Below, piece after piece: positions 1-8,303 of a stretch of DNA of 64,000 bases (its first letter is position 1; each line of letters opens with the position of its first letter). A program made the position numbers and the translations under genes. The notes under the pieces were generated by a model. It had not been told where the DNA came from, did not search any database, and saw only the letters and a program-made list of their open reading frames with translations. Origin of the DNA: an uncultured Actinomycetes bacterium (GTDB taxonomy: Bacteria > Actinomycetota > Thermoleophilia > Gaiellales > Gaiellaceae); the NCBI GenBank assembly GCA_963731015.1, contig CAVSTY010000003.1, positions 403,745-467,744 on the forward strand. The letters run 5' to 3'.

Positions 1-76
1 CAGCGATCGCAGGACGCCGGAGTGATCCTCGTGCTGCTCGGCATCGTCCTGATCACAGCGGGGAGCTAGACGTGGG

Positions 77-394
77 TCACCCGCCGAGCGTGTGCCGCAG
101 CTCGCGCACCGCGTCGGGCACGAGCCGGTAGTACGCCCACGTGCCGCGGCGAGACGCTTCGACGAGCCCGGCGTCACGTAACACTCTCAGGTGGTGGGAG
201 ATCGTGGGCTGCGAAAGCTCGAATGCCGCGTTGAGGTCGCACACGCAGCACTCCTCGGTCGAGGCGAGCCGGTTGACGATCGCGACGCGGGTCGGGTCGG
301 AAAGCGCGCGGAAGCGCGCCGCAAGCGTCTCGCTCGCCGCCGGCTCGAGGGGCTCGGTCGCAGGGCCGCAGCAGAGGACGGGCAGAGTCTTCAT
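77..394 (-). CDS. ArsR/SmtB-family metalloregulatory repressor
   Basis: 105-aa ORF. It carries the winged-helix motif SQPTISHHLRVLRDAGLV and the alpha3 metal site ECCVCDL. An extra N-terminal Cys pair (VLCCGP) resembles CadC-type sensors. Confidence 0.9.
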   Translation of the reverse strand: MKTLPVLCCGPATEPLEPAASETLAARFRALSDPTRVAIVNRLASTEECCVCDLNAAFELSQPTISHHLRVLRDAGLVEASRRGTWAYYRLVPDAVRELRHTLGG

Positions 395-431
395 CGATCT
401 TGGTCAATATACTGTATCGACATCGATCGAT
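393..431. promoter_or_regulatory. Candidate ArsR operator / divergent promoter region
   Basis: AT-rich imperfect 19-nt palindrome GTCAATATACTGTATCGAC (403..421), flanked by ATCGAT at 393..398 and ATCGATCGAT at 422..431. It lies between the arsR-like start and the mini-ORF. Confidence 0.35.
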
Positions 432-444
432 GAAAGGAGAGGCG

Positions 445-498
445 ATGAAGCGCACCGACTGTTGCGACTGCTGCGGCTGCGGTACCGGCTGCTGCTGA
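445..498 (+). CDS. 17-aa cysteine-rich peptide MKRTDCCDCCGCGTGCC (candidate mini-metallothionein-like peptide)
   Basis: ATG 445 to TGA 496-498. AAAGGAGAGG lies at 433..442, with GGAG 5 nt before the ATG. 15 of 17 codons end in G/C, like genuine genes here. A hairpin lies 10 nt downstream. The ORF is below the length cutoff of the ORF track. Confidence 0.45.
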   Translation: MKRTDCCDCCGCGTGCC

Positions 499-507
499 GC
501 ACCACAT

Positions 508-533
508 GCCGGCGGGGCGTACGACCCGCCGGC
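508..533 (+). terminator. Stem-loop after the mini-ORF
   Basis: Perfect 9-bp stem GCCGGCGGG / CCCGCCGGC with an 8-nt loop, followed by GCCTTTG (weak U tract). Confidence 0.4.
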
Positions 534-736
534 GCCTTTGTGTCCGACCCCGCGAGTAACTTCCATCGTATAAAGACCAATCTCGTCGGCGTGCTCCGCG
601 ACGTGCCGCTGACGACGCTCGCCTTCGCGATCGCGCTCGGTCTGTCCCTGATGGCTGATCGAGCTCGGGACGGTTCTCCTGATCGCACTGCTCGTGCGGC
701 GGCTCTCGTCGCACGCTGATATCCCGGCCGACTAGC

Positions 737-1660
737 TCAGACGTTGAAGCGGACGTTGAGGACGTCGCCGTCCTCGACGACGTAGGTCTTGCCTTCGAGC
801 CGCTGCTTGCCGGCCCGCGCAGCCTCCGCGTGACCGCCCGCCGCGACGAGATCGTCCCAGCGCACGACCTCGCACCGGATGAAGCCGCGGGCGATGTCGG
901 TGTGGATGGTCTCCGCGGCGTCGAGCGCGGTCCGGCCGCGCCGAAGCGTCCAGGCCCGCGTCTCCTTCTCGCCCGCGGTGAAGAAGGTGATGAGGTCGAG
1001 CGTCTCCGCGAGCCGGCGTACGACCTCGCCGAGCGCAGACTCGCCGGCGCCGCGGAACTCCGCCGCCTCCTCGGGCGACAGCTCCGAGAGCTCGGCTTCG
1101 AGCTGGAGGTCGATCCCGTCGCCTCCGTTGACAAGCTCGAGCAATGGCTTCGTCGTCAGCGGATCGAGCTCGGGCGGAAGCTCGTCCTCCCACTCGGCCA
1201 GCGCCCGGCCGGCGTCGAGATGGGCGAGAAGCCGCTCGAGGTCGGCCGCCTCCGCCTTGAGCCGCGCGTCGCCCGACTTCGCCTGCTTGCCGACGCGTTC
1301 GAGACGCCGCTCGACGTGGTCTCGGTCCGCCACCAGCAGCTCAAGCTTCAGCGTCTCGAGGTCGTCGGCGGGAACTCGCGTGCCTGAGAAGCCGTCGAGC
1401 ACCACGAGCAGCGCGTCGACCTGCCGGAGGTTGCCGAGCAGCTGAGGCCCCGTCCCGGGAATGTCGACGACGCGTACGGCCGCCGGCGTGACCTTTCGCG
1501 CCCCCACGGTCGCAGCGAGCTGCTCCAGCCGCTCGTCCGGAATCTGCGCCATCCCGACGTGCTCCTTGCCGGAGCCGTGCGTCTCCGCGCGCGTCAGCGC
1601 ACGAAACAGCGTCGTCTTACCCGAGCTCGGCAGCCCGACGATCCCGACCTCCAGCGCCAC
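737..1660 (-). CDS. ychF: YchF-type GTPase/ATPase (shortened form)
   Basis: P-loop GLPSSGKTTLF at the N-terminus and a TGS-like C-terminus ending EGKTYVVEDGDVLNVRFNV. It is 307 aa versus ~363 in E. coli. Confidence 0.85.
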   Translation of the reverse strand: MALEVGIVGLPSSGKTTLFRALTRAETHGSGKEHVGMAQIPDERLEQLAATVGARKVTPAAVRVVDIPGTGPQLLGNLRQVDALLVVLDGFSGTRVPADDLETLKLELLVADRDHVERRLERVGKQAKSGDARLKAEAADLERLLAHLDAGRALAEWEDELPPELDPLTTKPLLELVNGGDGIDLQLEAELSELSPEEAAEFRGAGESALGEVVRRLAETLDLITFFTAGEKETRAWTLRRGRTALDAAETIHTDIARGFIRCEVVRWDDLVAAGGHAEAARAGKQRLEGKTYVVEDGDVLNVRFNV

Positions 1661-1669
1661 GCGCGGAGG

Positions 1670-2287
1670 CTAGCCGGGCTGCGGGTCCTGCTGGGCGATC
1701 TGCTTCTGCAGGGAGACGAGCGCGCGGTGCTGGAGCGACTTGATCGCGCCCTCGTTCTTGTCGAGGATCGCCGCCACCTCGGCGTTCGGGAGGTTGAAGA
1801 CGAACTTCAGCGTCAGCACCTGCTGCTGCTCGGGCGAGAGGCGATCGATGAGCTTCAGCATCGACTCGCGGCCGATCGTCTGCATCGCCCGAAGCTCGGC
1901 TGACGGCTCTTCCTCGCCCGGCGGCTCCGGAACCTCCTCCTCCGGCTGCCAGCGGCGGTGAGCACGGAAGTGGTCCATGGCGAGGTTGTGGGCGATCCGG
2001 AACAGCCAGGCGGAGAACGGCGCCGACTGCCACTTGAAGCTGCCGATCTTCTCCAGCATCTTGAGGAAGGTCTGCGTCGTGAGGTCCTCGGCGTCGTGCC
2101 GGTTGCCCACGCTGACGTGGAGGTAGCTGTAGATCCGGTCGAAGTGGATGAGGTACAGCTCCTCGAGAGCCTCGCGTTCGCCCTGCTGGCCGCGTTCGAC
2201 GAGTTCCCGCACGTACTTGGTCGATTCGCGCGCAAGCGGACGCTCGGTAGGAGAGCTCATCCCCTCTTCATTTCCCCGTGACCCCAT
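1670..2287 (-). CDS. ECF-type sigma-70 family RNA polymerase sigma factor
   Basis: Region 2 (DAEDLTTQTFLKM...FSAWLFRIAHN) and region 4 (LSPEQQQVLTLKF...AEVAAILDKNEGAIKSLQHRAL). Confidence 0.85.
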   Translation of the reverse strand: MGSRGNEEGMSSPTERPLARESTKYVRELVERGQQGEREALEELYLIHFDRIYSYLHVSVGNRHDAEDLTTQTFLKMLEKIGSFKWQSAPFSAWLFRIAHNLAMDHFRAHRRWQPEEEVPEPPGEEEPSAELRAMQTIGRESMLKLIDRLSPEQQQVLTLKFVFNLPNAEVAAILDKNEGAIKSLQHRALVSLQKQIAQQDPQPG

Positions 2288-2305
2288 CGGAGCTAACTCC
2301 TGCAG

Positions 2306-2539
2306 CTATCCCGAGCCGAAGCCCACACGGCCGGCGCGGACGATCCGCTTGTAGTACGCGACGTGTGCAACGACCACGTGGAGCGGGCCGTCCTCGGTAT
2401 CGAGCACGACGACCGGCTTACCGGCTCCCGTCGAGCCGAGTGCCGACTCGAGCTCGTCGGCCGTGAGTTCGTCGACGAAGCTGCCGACGATCTGGCCGCC
2501 CGCAAAGCCGAGCTCGACGCGTACGCGTTCGTCAGCCAA
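2306..2539 (-). CDS. DUF3107-like small protein
   Basis: The tail of ORF 2306..3271 (VRVELGF...PVVVLDTEDGPLHVVVAHVAYYKRIVRAGRVGFGSG) resembles actinobacterial DUF3107 proteins. A TTG at 2539 is preceded by GGAGG; the start is uncertain. Confidence 0.55.
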   Translation of the reverse strand: MADERVRVELGFAGGQIVGSFVDELTADELESALGSTGAGKPVVVLDTEDGPLHVVVAHVAYYKRIVRAGRVGFGSG

Positions 2540-2939
2540 CTGCAACCACCTCCGAGAGAACGCCGTGGACGGAATCGGGATGGACGAAGGCGACCTCGAG
2601 GCCGAACATGCCGCGCCGCGGCGTCTCGTCGAGCAGCTCGGCACCCGCTTCGGACAGGTCCACGAGGGCCGCGCGGATGTCCTCGACCTCGTAAGCCACA
2701 TGGTGCATCCCGGGACCGCGCTTCGCGAGGAAGCGGCCGACGGGCGTGTCCTCATCGAGCGCGCCCAGGAGCTCGAGCCTGCTCTGCCCGACGCGGATGG
2801 ACGCCGCCTCGACTCCCTGCTCCTCCACGCGCGCGCGTTGCTCGAGCCGCGCGCCGAAGAGGCGCTCGTACGTGTCGAGCGCGCCGTCGAGATCCTCAAC
2901 CGCCAGACCGACGTGATGCACCGAGCGCGGCGTCTCCAT
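2532..2939 (-). CDS. mce: Methylmalonyl-CoA epimerase (VOC/glyoxalase fold)
   Basis: 135 aa. HHVGLAVEDLD...GPGMHHVAYEVEDI...FVHP, typical of the epimerase family. Confidence 0.8.
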   Translation of the reverse strand: METPRSVHHVGLAVEDLDGALDTYERLFGARLEQRARVEEQGVEAASIRVGQSRLELLGALDEDTPVGRFLAKRGPGMHHVAYEVEDIRAALVDLSEAGAELLDETPRRGMFGLEVAFVHPDSVHGVLSEVVAVG

Positions 2940-2972
2940 CTGGCGATCGTATTTGAAAGACTCGCGCCGACG

Positions 2973-3662
2973 ATGCGTGCCTTCGCCCTCGCCCTGGTCG
3001 TGACGGCCGTGCTCGTCGCCGGCTGCGGGAGCTCCAGCAAGGCGGCGAAGCCGAACAACGAGGCGTCGAAGCCGGCCGACCAGGTCTTAGCGGACGCGAA
3101 GGCAGCCGCGACGAGCGCGAGCTCCGCGCATGTCTCGGGGAAGCTGGTCTCGAACGGCACCGCCATCACGCTCGACCTCTCCATGGCGCGCGACAAGGGG
3201 GCGAAGGGCTCGGTGTCGATCAACGGGCTCGGGTTCGACCTGGTCAAGATCGGCGACACCGCGTACATCAAGGGCAGCGACGCCTTCTATCAGCATTTCG
3301 CCGGCCCCGCCGTCGCGCAGCTCATCCACGGCAAGTGGATCAAGGCGCCGACCACCAGCAAGCAGTTCCGTTCGTTCGCGGCGCTCGCGAGCGTCTCCGG
3401 GCTCTTCGCCGAGATCGGTGCGAACCACGGCAAGCTCGTCAACGACGGCAAGACGACCTACAAGGGCCAGCCGGTCGTCGCCATCCGGGACCTCTCGGAC
3501 GACAGCAAGCTCTATGTCGCCGCGACTGGCAAGCCGTACCCCGTGGCGATCGTCGGCGGCCGGAAGAACCAGTCCGGCACCGTCACGTTCAGCGACTGGA
3601 ACCAGCCCGTGTCGCTGTCGGCGCCGAGCGGCGCCCTCGACGTCTCGCAGTTCCTCGGCTAG
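2973..3662 (+). CDS. Secreted lipoprotein, possibly LolA/LppX-like fold
   Basis: The ATG at 2973 gives MRAFALALVVTAVLVAGCGSS, a signal peptide plus lipobox. The upstream part of ORF 2463..3662 is antisense to mce. Confidence 0.7.
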   Translation: MRAFALALVVTAVLVAGCGSSSKAAKPNNEASKPADQVLADAKAAATSASSAHVSGKLVSNGTAITLDLSMARDKGAKGSVSINGLGFDLVKIGDTAYIKGSDAFYQHFAGPAVAQLIHGKWIKAPTTSKQFRSFAALASVSGLFAEIGANHGKLVNDGKTTYKGQPVVAIRDLSDDSKLYVAATGKPYPVAIVGGRKNQSGTVTFSDWNQPVSLSAPSGALDVSQFLG

Positions 3663-5203
3663 GCGGAACTAGCAGGCACTTCGCCAGGCTCGCTCGCGAC
3701 CACGCGCGGCACACCGACGGTCTCGGAGGCGCTCGACTCCGCCTCGACGTCCTCGACGAGCGCGTGCAGCTCGTCGCGGACGAGCGTCTCCTTCTCGAGG
3801 AGCGCGGCCGCGATCCGGTCGAGCGGAGCCCGGTGCTTACGCAACAGCCGCACGGCCACCTCATAGGCTCCGTCCGTGAGACGCGACTGCTCCTCGTCGC
3901 GCAGGCGCTTCGTGGACTCCGAAAGGGCGTAGTTGTCGGCCCGCATCGTGCGGGAGGTGACCGTGTCGGACATGCCCCACTCGAACACCATCGAGCGCGC
4001 GATCTCCGTCACCTTCTCGAGGTCGTTGGCGGCGCCGTTCGTGACGCGGCCGAAGACGACCTCCTCGGCGGCCCGGCCGGCCAACGCGACGATCATCCCG
4101 TCGACGAGCTCCTCCTTCGTGTGGAGGTAACGGTCCTCCTCCGGCAGGTAGTAGGCGTAGCCGAGCGCATTTCCGCGAGAGACGATGGTCACCTTCTGGA
4201 GCTCCATCGCCGAGCCCATCAGGTGCCCCATGAGCGCGTGACCGCCCTCGTGGTAGGCGAGGATACGGCGCTCCTTGTCGGTCAGCACCTTGCGCTGCTG
4301 CAGGCCGGCGACGACACGCTCGAGCGCCCAGTCGAAGTCGGCCTGGGCGATCGAGACGTCGCTGCGCCGCCCCGCCTTGATCGCCGCCTCGTTGCAGATG
4401 TTCGCGAGCTCGGCTCCGGTCAGGCCCGAGGTCTGCCGCGCGACGACACCGAGATCAACGTCGTCGAGGTTGAGCGGCTTGCCGCGGGTGTGGACGCGGA
4501 GAATGGCCTCGCGGCCGGCGAGATCGGGAGGAGGCACGAGCAGCTGGCGGTCGAAACGTCCGGGCCGCAGCAGGGCCTGGTCGAGATCCTGGATCCGGTT
4601 CGAGGCGCCCATCACGACGACCTGCTCCGCACCTTCGAAGCCGTCGAGTTCGACGAGGAGCTGGTTGAGCGTCTGATCCTGCTCGCGGTTGAAACCATGC
4701 CCGGAGCGCTGCGCGCCGACGGCATCGAGCTCGTCGATGAAGATGATCGCGGGCGCGTTCTTCCGCGCTTCGATGAAGAGCTTGCGAATGCGAGCCGCGC
4801 CGAGGCCTGCGAACATTTCGACGAACGACGAGGCCGAGGCGCTGTAGAAGTTCGCGCCCGACTCGCACGCGACGGCCTTCGCGAGGAGCGTCTTCCCGGT
4901 CCCCGGCGGGCCGTAGAGGAGAAGGCCCTTCGGCACCTTCGCGCCGAGTCGCTGGAAGCGCTTGGGGTCCCGCATGAAGTCGACGACCTCCATGAGCTCG
5001 CCCCGCACCTCCTCGACTCCGGCGACGTCGTCCCAGCCGACCTGCGACCTCGTGCCCTTGGCCATGGTCGCCGGCGACGTGCGCGGCATCATCCCGACCG
5101 TCTTCCAGAGCACCCAGGCCATGAAGGCGACGAGCAGGAAGAACGCGAGCGGCAGCCACGTCGTGGCGAAGTCCGCCGCAGAGTGCAACCAGTTCCCCAC
5201 CAT
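3659..5203 (-). CDS. ftsH: FtsH-family AAA+ zinc metalloprotease, single-TM short N-terminus
   Basis: Walker A GPPGTGKT, Walker B IIFIDELD and zinc site HEGGH. There is only one N-terminal hydrophobic helix. Confidence 0.9.
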   Translation of the reverse strand: MVGNWLHSAADFATTWLPLAFFLLVAFMAWVLWKTVGMMPRTSPATMAKGTRSQVGWDDVAGVEEVRGELMEVVDFMRDPKRFQRLGAKVPKGLLLYGPPGTGKTLLAKAVACESGANFYSASASSFVEMFAGLGAARIRKLFIEARKNAPAIIFIDELDAVGAQRSGHGFNREQDQTLNQLLVELDGFEGAEQVVVMGASNRIQDLDQALLRPGRFDRQLLVPPPDLAGREAILRVHTRGKPLNLDDVDLGVVARQTSGLTGAELANICNEAAIKAGRRSDVSIAQADFDWALERVVAGLQQRKVLTDKERRILAYHEGGHALMGHLMGSAMELQKVTIVSRGNALGYAYYLPEEDRYLHTKEELVDGMIVALAGRAAEEVVFGRVTNGAANDLEKVTEIARSMVFEWGMSDTVTSRTMRADNYALSESTKRLRDEEQSRLTDGAYEVAVRLLRKHRAPLDRIAAALLEKETLVRDELHALVEDVEAESSASETVGVPRVVASEPGEVPASSA

Positions 5204-5237
5204 CTCAGCCTCTCATCGGCAGCAAGTGTCGCATCCC

Positions 5238-5867
5238 TTAGCCGAGTGACACAGCCGCCTCCCCGGCTGTCGTCGAGCGGACGCCGGCGTCACACCAGGC
5301 CGCTACACACGCGGCAACTCGCGACTCGTCGACGCCGCGCGATGCGTCCTCCACGAAGGCGATGCGGCGGCCGCGGCGAAGCAGGGCACGGACAGCCGCG
5401 TCGTCGCAGATGTCGGTCGCGACGCCGAAGAGGAGGATCTCGTCAGGGTCGAGCACGTCGAGCAGTGTCTCGGTGTTCGGGTTCGTGAAGGGGTCGTACT
5501 GCTTCTTCGGGATCAAGACCTCGCGGCGGCCTTCGAGCAGGCGGCGCAGGATCGGCACGGGGACGGGCACGAGCGGCAGCGGCAACGGGTCGCGCTGCTT
5601 CGTCTCGGGGATCTTCTCGGCGCCACGGGTTCCGAGCAGGCAGTGTGGCGGCCACGTGCTGTCGAAGTCGGGGTCCGGGGAGATCTCGGGGTCGGTGAGC
5701 TCGTGCTGGTCGCAGGAGGCGACGTGGACGACGCCGGCCGCGCGCGCCGCCTCCACCAGCTGTGCCATCGCAGGCCTCGCCTCCTCCGCGCCTGCGAAGT
5801 AGAGCTTGCCGCCCGGCTCGACGAAGTCGACCTGCGTGTCGACGTCCCAGAGGATCGTCCCGCTCAT
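5238..5867 (-). CDS. Isochorismatase-family cysteine hydrolase (nicotinamidase-like)
   Basis: MSGTILWDVDTQVDFV...ATDICDDAAV in the tail of ORF 5238..6857. Its ATG overlaps the ligD stop (ATGA at 5864..5867). Confidence 0.8.
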   Translation of the reverse strand: MSGTILWDVDTQVDFVEPGGKLYFAGAEEARPAMAQLVEAARAAGVVHVASCDQHELTDPEISPDPDFDSTWPPHCLLGTRGAEKIPETKQRDPLPLPLVPVPVPILRRLLEGRREVLIPKKQYDPFTNPNTETLLDVLDPDEILLFGVATDICDDAAVRALLRRGRRIAFVEDASRGVDESRVAACVAAWCDAGVRSTTAGEAAVSLG

Positions 5868-8170
5868 GCGCGCAGCCTCTTCAGCGCCGGCTCGAGACGC
5901 TGACGCGTCGTGAGAACGCCGGCGAAGAGGTCGCCGTGACGGCGAATGCGCTCCAGCACGACCTCCATCGTGAACTGCCGCGCGTCGAGCGAGTCGTCGA
6001 TCTCCTCCCAGCGCAAAGGCGTCGAGACCGGAGCACCCGGACGCGGCCGCACCGAGTAAACCGAGGCGATCGTCTTCCCCTCGCCGTTCTGGTTCGCGTC
6101 GATCAGGACACCGCGCCGCTTCGCCTTCGACCACTCCGTCGTCACGAGCCCGCGATGGGTGCGCGCGAGCGCCCCCGCCACGATCTCGCAGAACTCGCGC
6201 GTCTGCGCGTACGTGTACCGCCGCTGCACCGGAACGAGCACGTGCATGCCGTCGGCGCTGCTCGTCTTCGGGAAGGACGCGAGCCCGAGCGCGTCGAGCG
6301 CCTGCTTGACGACGAGCGCGACCTGTACGACCTCGGGGAAGCCGACGTCGGGAGAGGGGTCGAGGTCGAAGAGGACGAAGTCGGGCCGGTCGGGCTTGTC
6401 GACCCGCGAATACCAGGCGTTCATGTCGATGCAACCCATGTTCGCCATCCAGGTCAGCGCATCCTGGTCGTTCACGATCGGCGCGTCGATCCAGCGCTTC
6501 TTCGGCGGCCGCTCGCGCGTGGAGACCTGCACGTGGAACCGCGGAATCCACTCCGGCATCCCCTTCGGCGCGTCCTTCTGGAAGAAGGCCTTGCCGAAGG
6601 CACCGTCGGGGTAGCGGCGCATCGTGAACGGCCGGCCACGCAGATGTGGCACGAGCACCTGGCCCACCGCCCGGTAGTAGTCGACTAGGTCGCCCTTCGT
6701 GATCCCCTCGTCCGGCCAGAAGATCTTGTCGAGGTTGGAGAGCTTGACCTTGCCCGCGTCGACTGCGGCTGGACGCTCGCGCCGCACGTCCTCTGCCGGC
6801 TTGTCGTCTCGGAGTCCCTGGAAGGACGGAGCGCGCAGGTGGCCGTCGTGCGTCCACTCCGCGAACTCGACCTCGGCGACGAGTCGCGGCTCGACCCAGA
6901 CGACGTCACCCTTCTTCACCCTCGGCATCTTCGGCACGACCGCGAACGGCGGCTCGTCGCGGCGGAGTGGCTCGAGCTTCGCGAGGAGCTCGCCGATCAC
7001 CCGCTCGCCGAAGCCGGTGCCGACGTTCCCGACCCATTCCCACTCCTCGCCGCGATGGACACCAAGCACGAGCGCGCCGAAACTGCCGCTCCGCCGGCCC
7101 TGACCCTTCGTGTAGCCGCAGATCACGAACTCCTGGCGCCCGTGCGTCTTGATCTTCAGCCAGTCACGGCCGCGACCTCCCGGGGAGTAGCGCGACGACG
7201 GCCGCTTTGCCATCACACCCTCGAGTCCGAGCTCGTACGCCGCCTCGAGCAGCGCCTCGCCGTCCTCGAACGAGCCGGAGAGCTGGACCACCGGGTTCGG
7301 CGCCAGGAGCTCCTCGAGCCGAGCCCTCCGCTCGGTCAGCGGCAGGTCGACCAGGGGCTCACCGTCGACCTCGAGCACGTCGAACACCTCGTACGCGAGC
7401 CGTGAGCTCCCCTGTTGCATCGCCGAGAAGCTCGCCTTTCCATCGGCGTCGAGCGCCACGACCTCGCCGTCGACGACCGCGTCCGGCGTGCGCAGCGCCT
7501 TCGGGAGCTCCTTCGCCACAAGCGTGAACCTCTGGGTCAGGTCGTTGCCCCTGCGCGAGACGAGTTTCGCCTCGCCACCGCGGACGTAGGCGAGCGCGCG
7601 GTAGCCGTCCCACTTCGGCTCGAACTGCCAATCCTGGCCGCGCGGTAGTTCCTCGGTGAGCGTCGCGAGCATGGGACGGTAGACGCGCCGGCCGAGCGTC
7701 ACGCCGTCGTCGCGCTTGCGGAGGATGAGCCAGTTCTTCTCGTCGCCGGAGAGGTGCGCCGGCACGAGCGTCCACGTCCCGTCGAGCCGCTCGCCGTGCA
7801 GCCGCACCGTGAGGCCGCCGTCGCGCTTCTCCTCGAGCAGCTCGTACGTTCCTCGGTCCCAGATCTCGACCGTGCCCGCTCCGTAGTTCCCCTGCGGGAT
7901 CTCGCCCTCGAAGCTGCCGTACTCGAGCGGATGGTCCTCGACGTGGACCGCGAGGTGCTGCTCGCCCGGCTCGAGCGGGACGCCCTTCGGCACGGCCCAC
8001 GACGCGAGAACACCGTCGCGCTCGAGGCGGAAGTCGTAGTGGAGCCGCCGTGCGTCGTGCCGCTGGACGACGAAGATCGGGCCTTTCGCCTTGCCGCGCT
8101 CGCCCCCGAACGGCTCGGGTGTCTGCTTGCGATTTCGCTTGCGTTCGTACTCCGAAAGCTTCTTGCTCAC
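5864..8170 (-). CDS. ligD: Multidomain NHEJ ligase LigD (phosphoesterase-ligase-polymerase order)
   Basis: 768 aa. PE domain (VVQRHDARRLHYDFRLE), adenylation motif KWDGYR and a C-terminal primase-polymerase domain (FDLDP). Confidence 0.92.
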   Translation of the reverse strand: MSKKLSEYERKRNRKQTPEPFGGERGKAKGPIFVVQRHDARRLHYDFRLERDGVLASWAVPKGVPLEPGEQHLAVHVEDHPLEYGSFEGEIPQGNYGAGTVEIWDRGTYELLEEKRDGGLTVRLHGERLDGTWTLVPAHLSGDEKNWLILRKRDDGVTLGRRVYRPMLATLTEELPRGQDWQFEPKWDGYRALAYVRGGEAKLVSRRGNDLTQRFTLVAKELPKALRTPDAVVDGEVVALDADGKASFSAMQQGSSRLAYEVFDVLEVDGEPLVDLPLTERRARLEELLAPNPVVQLSGSFEDGEALLEAAYELGLEGVMAKRPSSRYSPGGRGRDWLKIKTHGRQEFVICGYTKGQGRRSGSFGALVLGVHRGEEWEWVGNVGTGFGERVIGELLAKLEPLRRDEPPFAVVPKMPRVKKGDVVWVEPRLVAEVEFAEWTHDGHLRAPSFQGLRDDKPAEDVRRERPAAVDAGKVKLSNLDKIFWPDEGITKGDLVDYYRAVGQVLVPHLRGRPFTMRRYPDGAFGKAFFQKDAPKGMPEWIPRFHVQVSTRERPPKKRWIDAPIVNDQDALTWMANMGCIDMNAWYSRVDKPDRPDFVLFDLDPSPDVGFPEVVQVALVVKQALDALGLASFPKTSSADGMHVLVPVQRRYTYAQTREFCEIVAGALARTHRGLVTTEWSKAKRRGVLIDANQNGEGKTIASVYSVRPRPGAPVSTPLRWEEIDDSLDARQFTMEVVLERIRRHGDLFAGVLTTRQRLEPALKRLRA

Positions 8171-8237
8171 GCCGTCTTTCCCAGTTTCAAGCTGTACGCC
8201 TGCTGTTTACACAACGAATACATAGCGGGGATAAGCC

Positions 8238-8255
8238 TGTGGACGGTGTGGACAG
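8238..8255. repeat. Two abutting DnaA-box-like 9-mers
   Basis: TGTGGACGG TGTGGACAG (reverse complements CCGTCCACA and CTGTCCACA), 68 nt upstream of the ligD GTG. Confidence 0.3.
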
Positions 8256-8303
8256 CGGTCGCGTCCCACGCCATAAAATCTCCCTAAATCTGCCCTAAGC
8301 TAC

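Noticed and set aside
141-719. 192-aa ORF spanning the arsR-ychF spacer.
   Set aside because: It runs antisense through arsR and then across the spacer with poor GC3. Only short segments (445..498, and possibly 591..735) show coding character.
3335-5488. 717-aa plus-strand ORF, one of many very long alternative-frame ORFs. Others include 391..1134, 15831..17804, 21754..23373, 30119..32095, 33074..35410, 35761..37617, 37952..39682 and 45043..46068.
   Set aside because: Their translations are Arg/Pro/Ala/Gly-rich and low-complexity. They lie antisense or out of frame to genes with clear family motifs. They are open only because stop codons are rare at ~70% GC.
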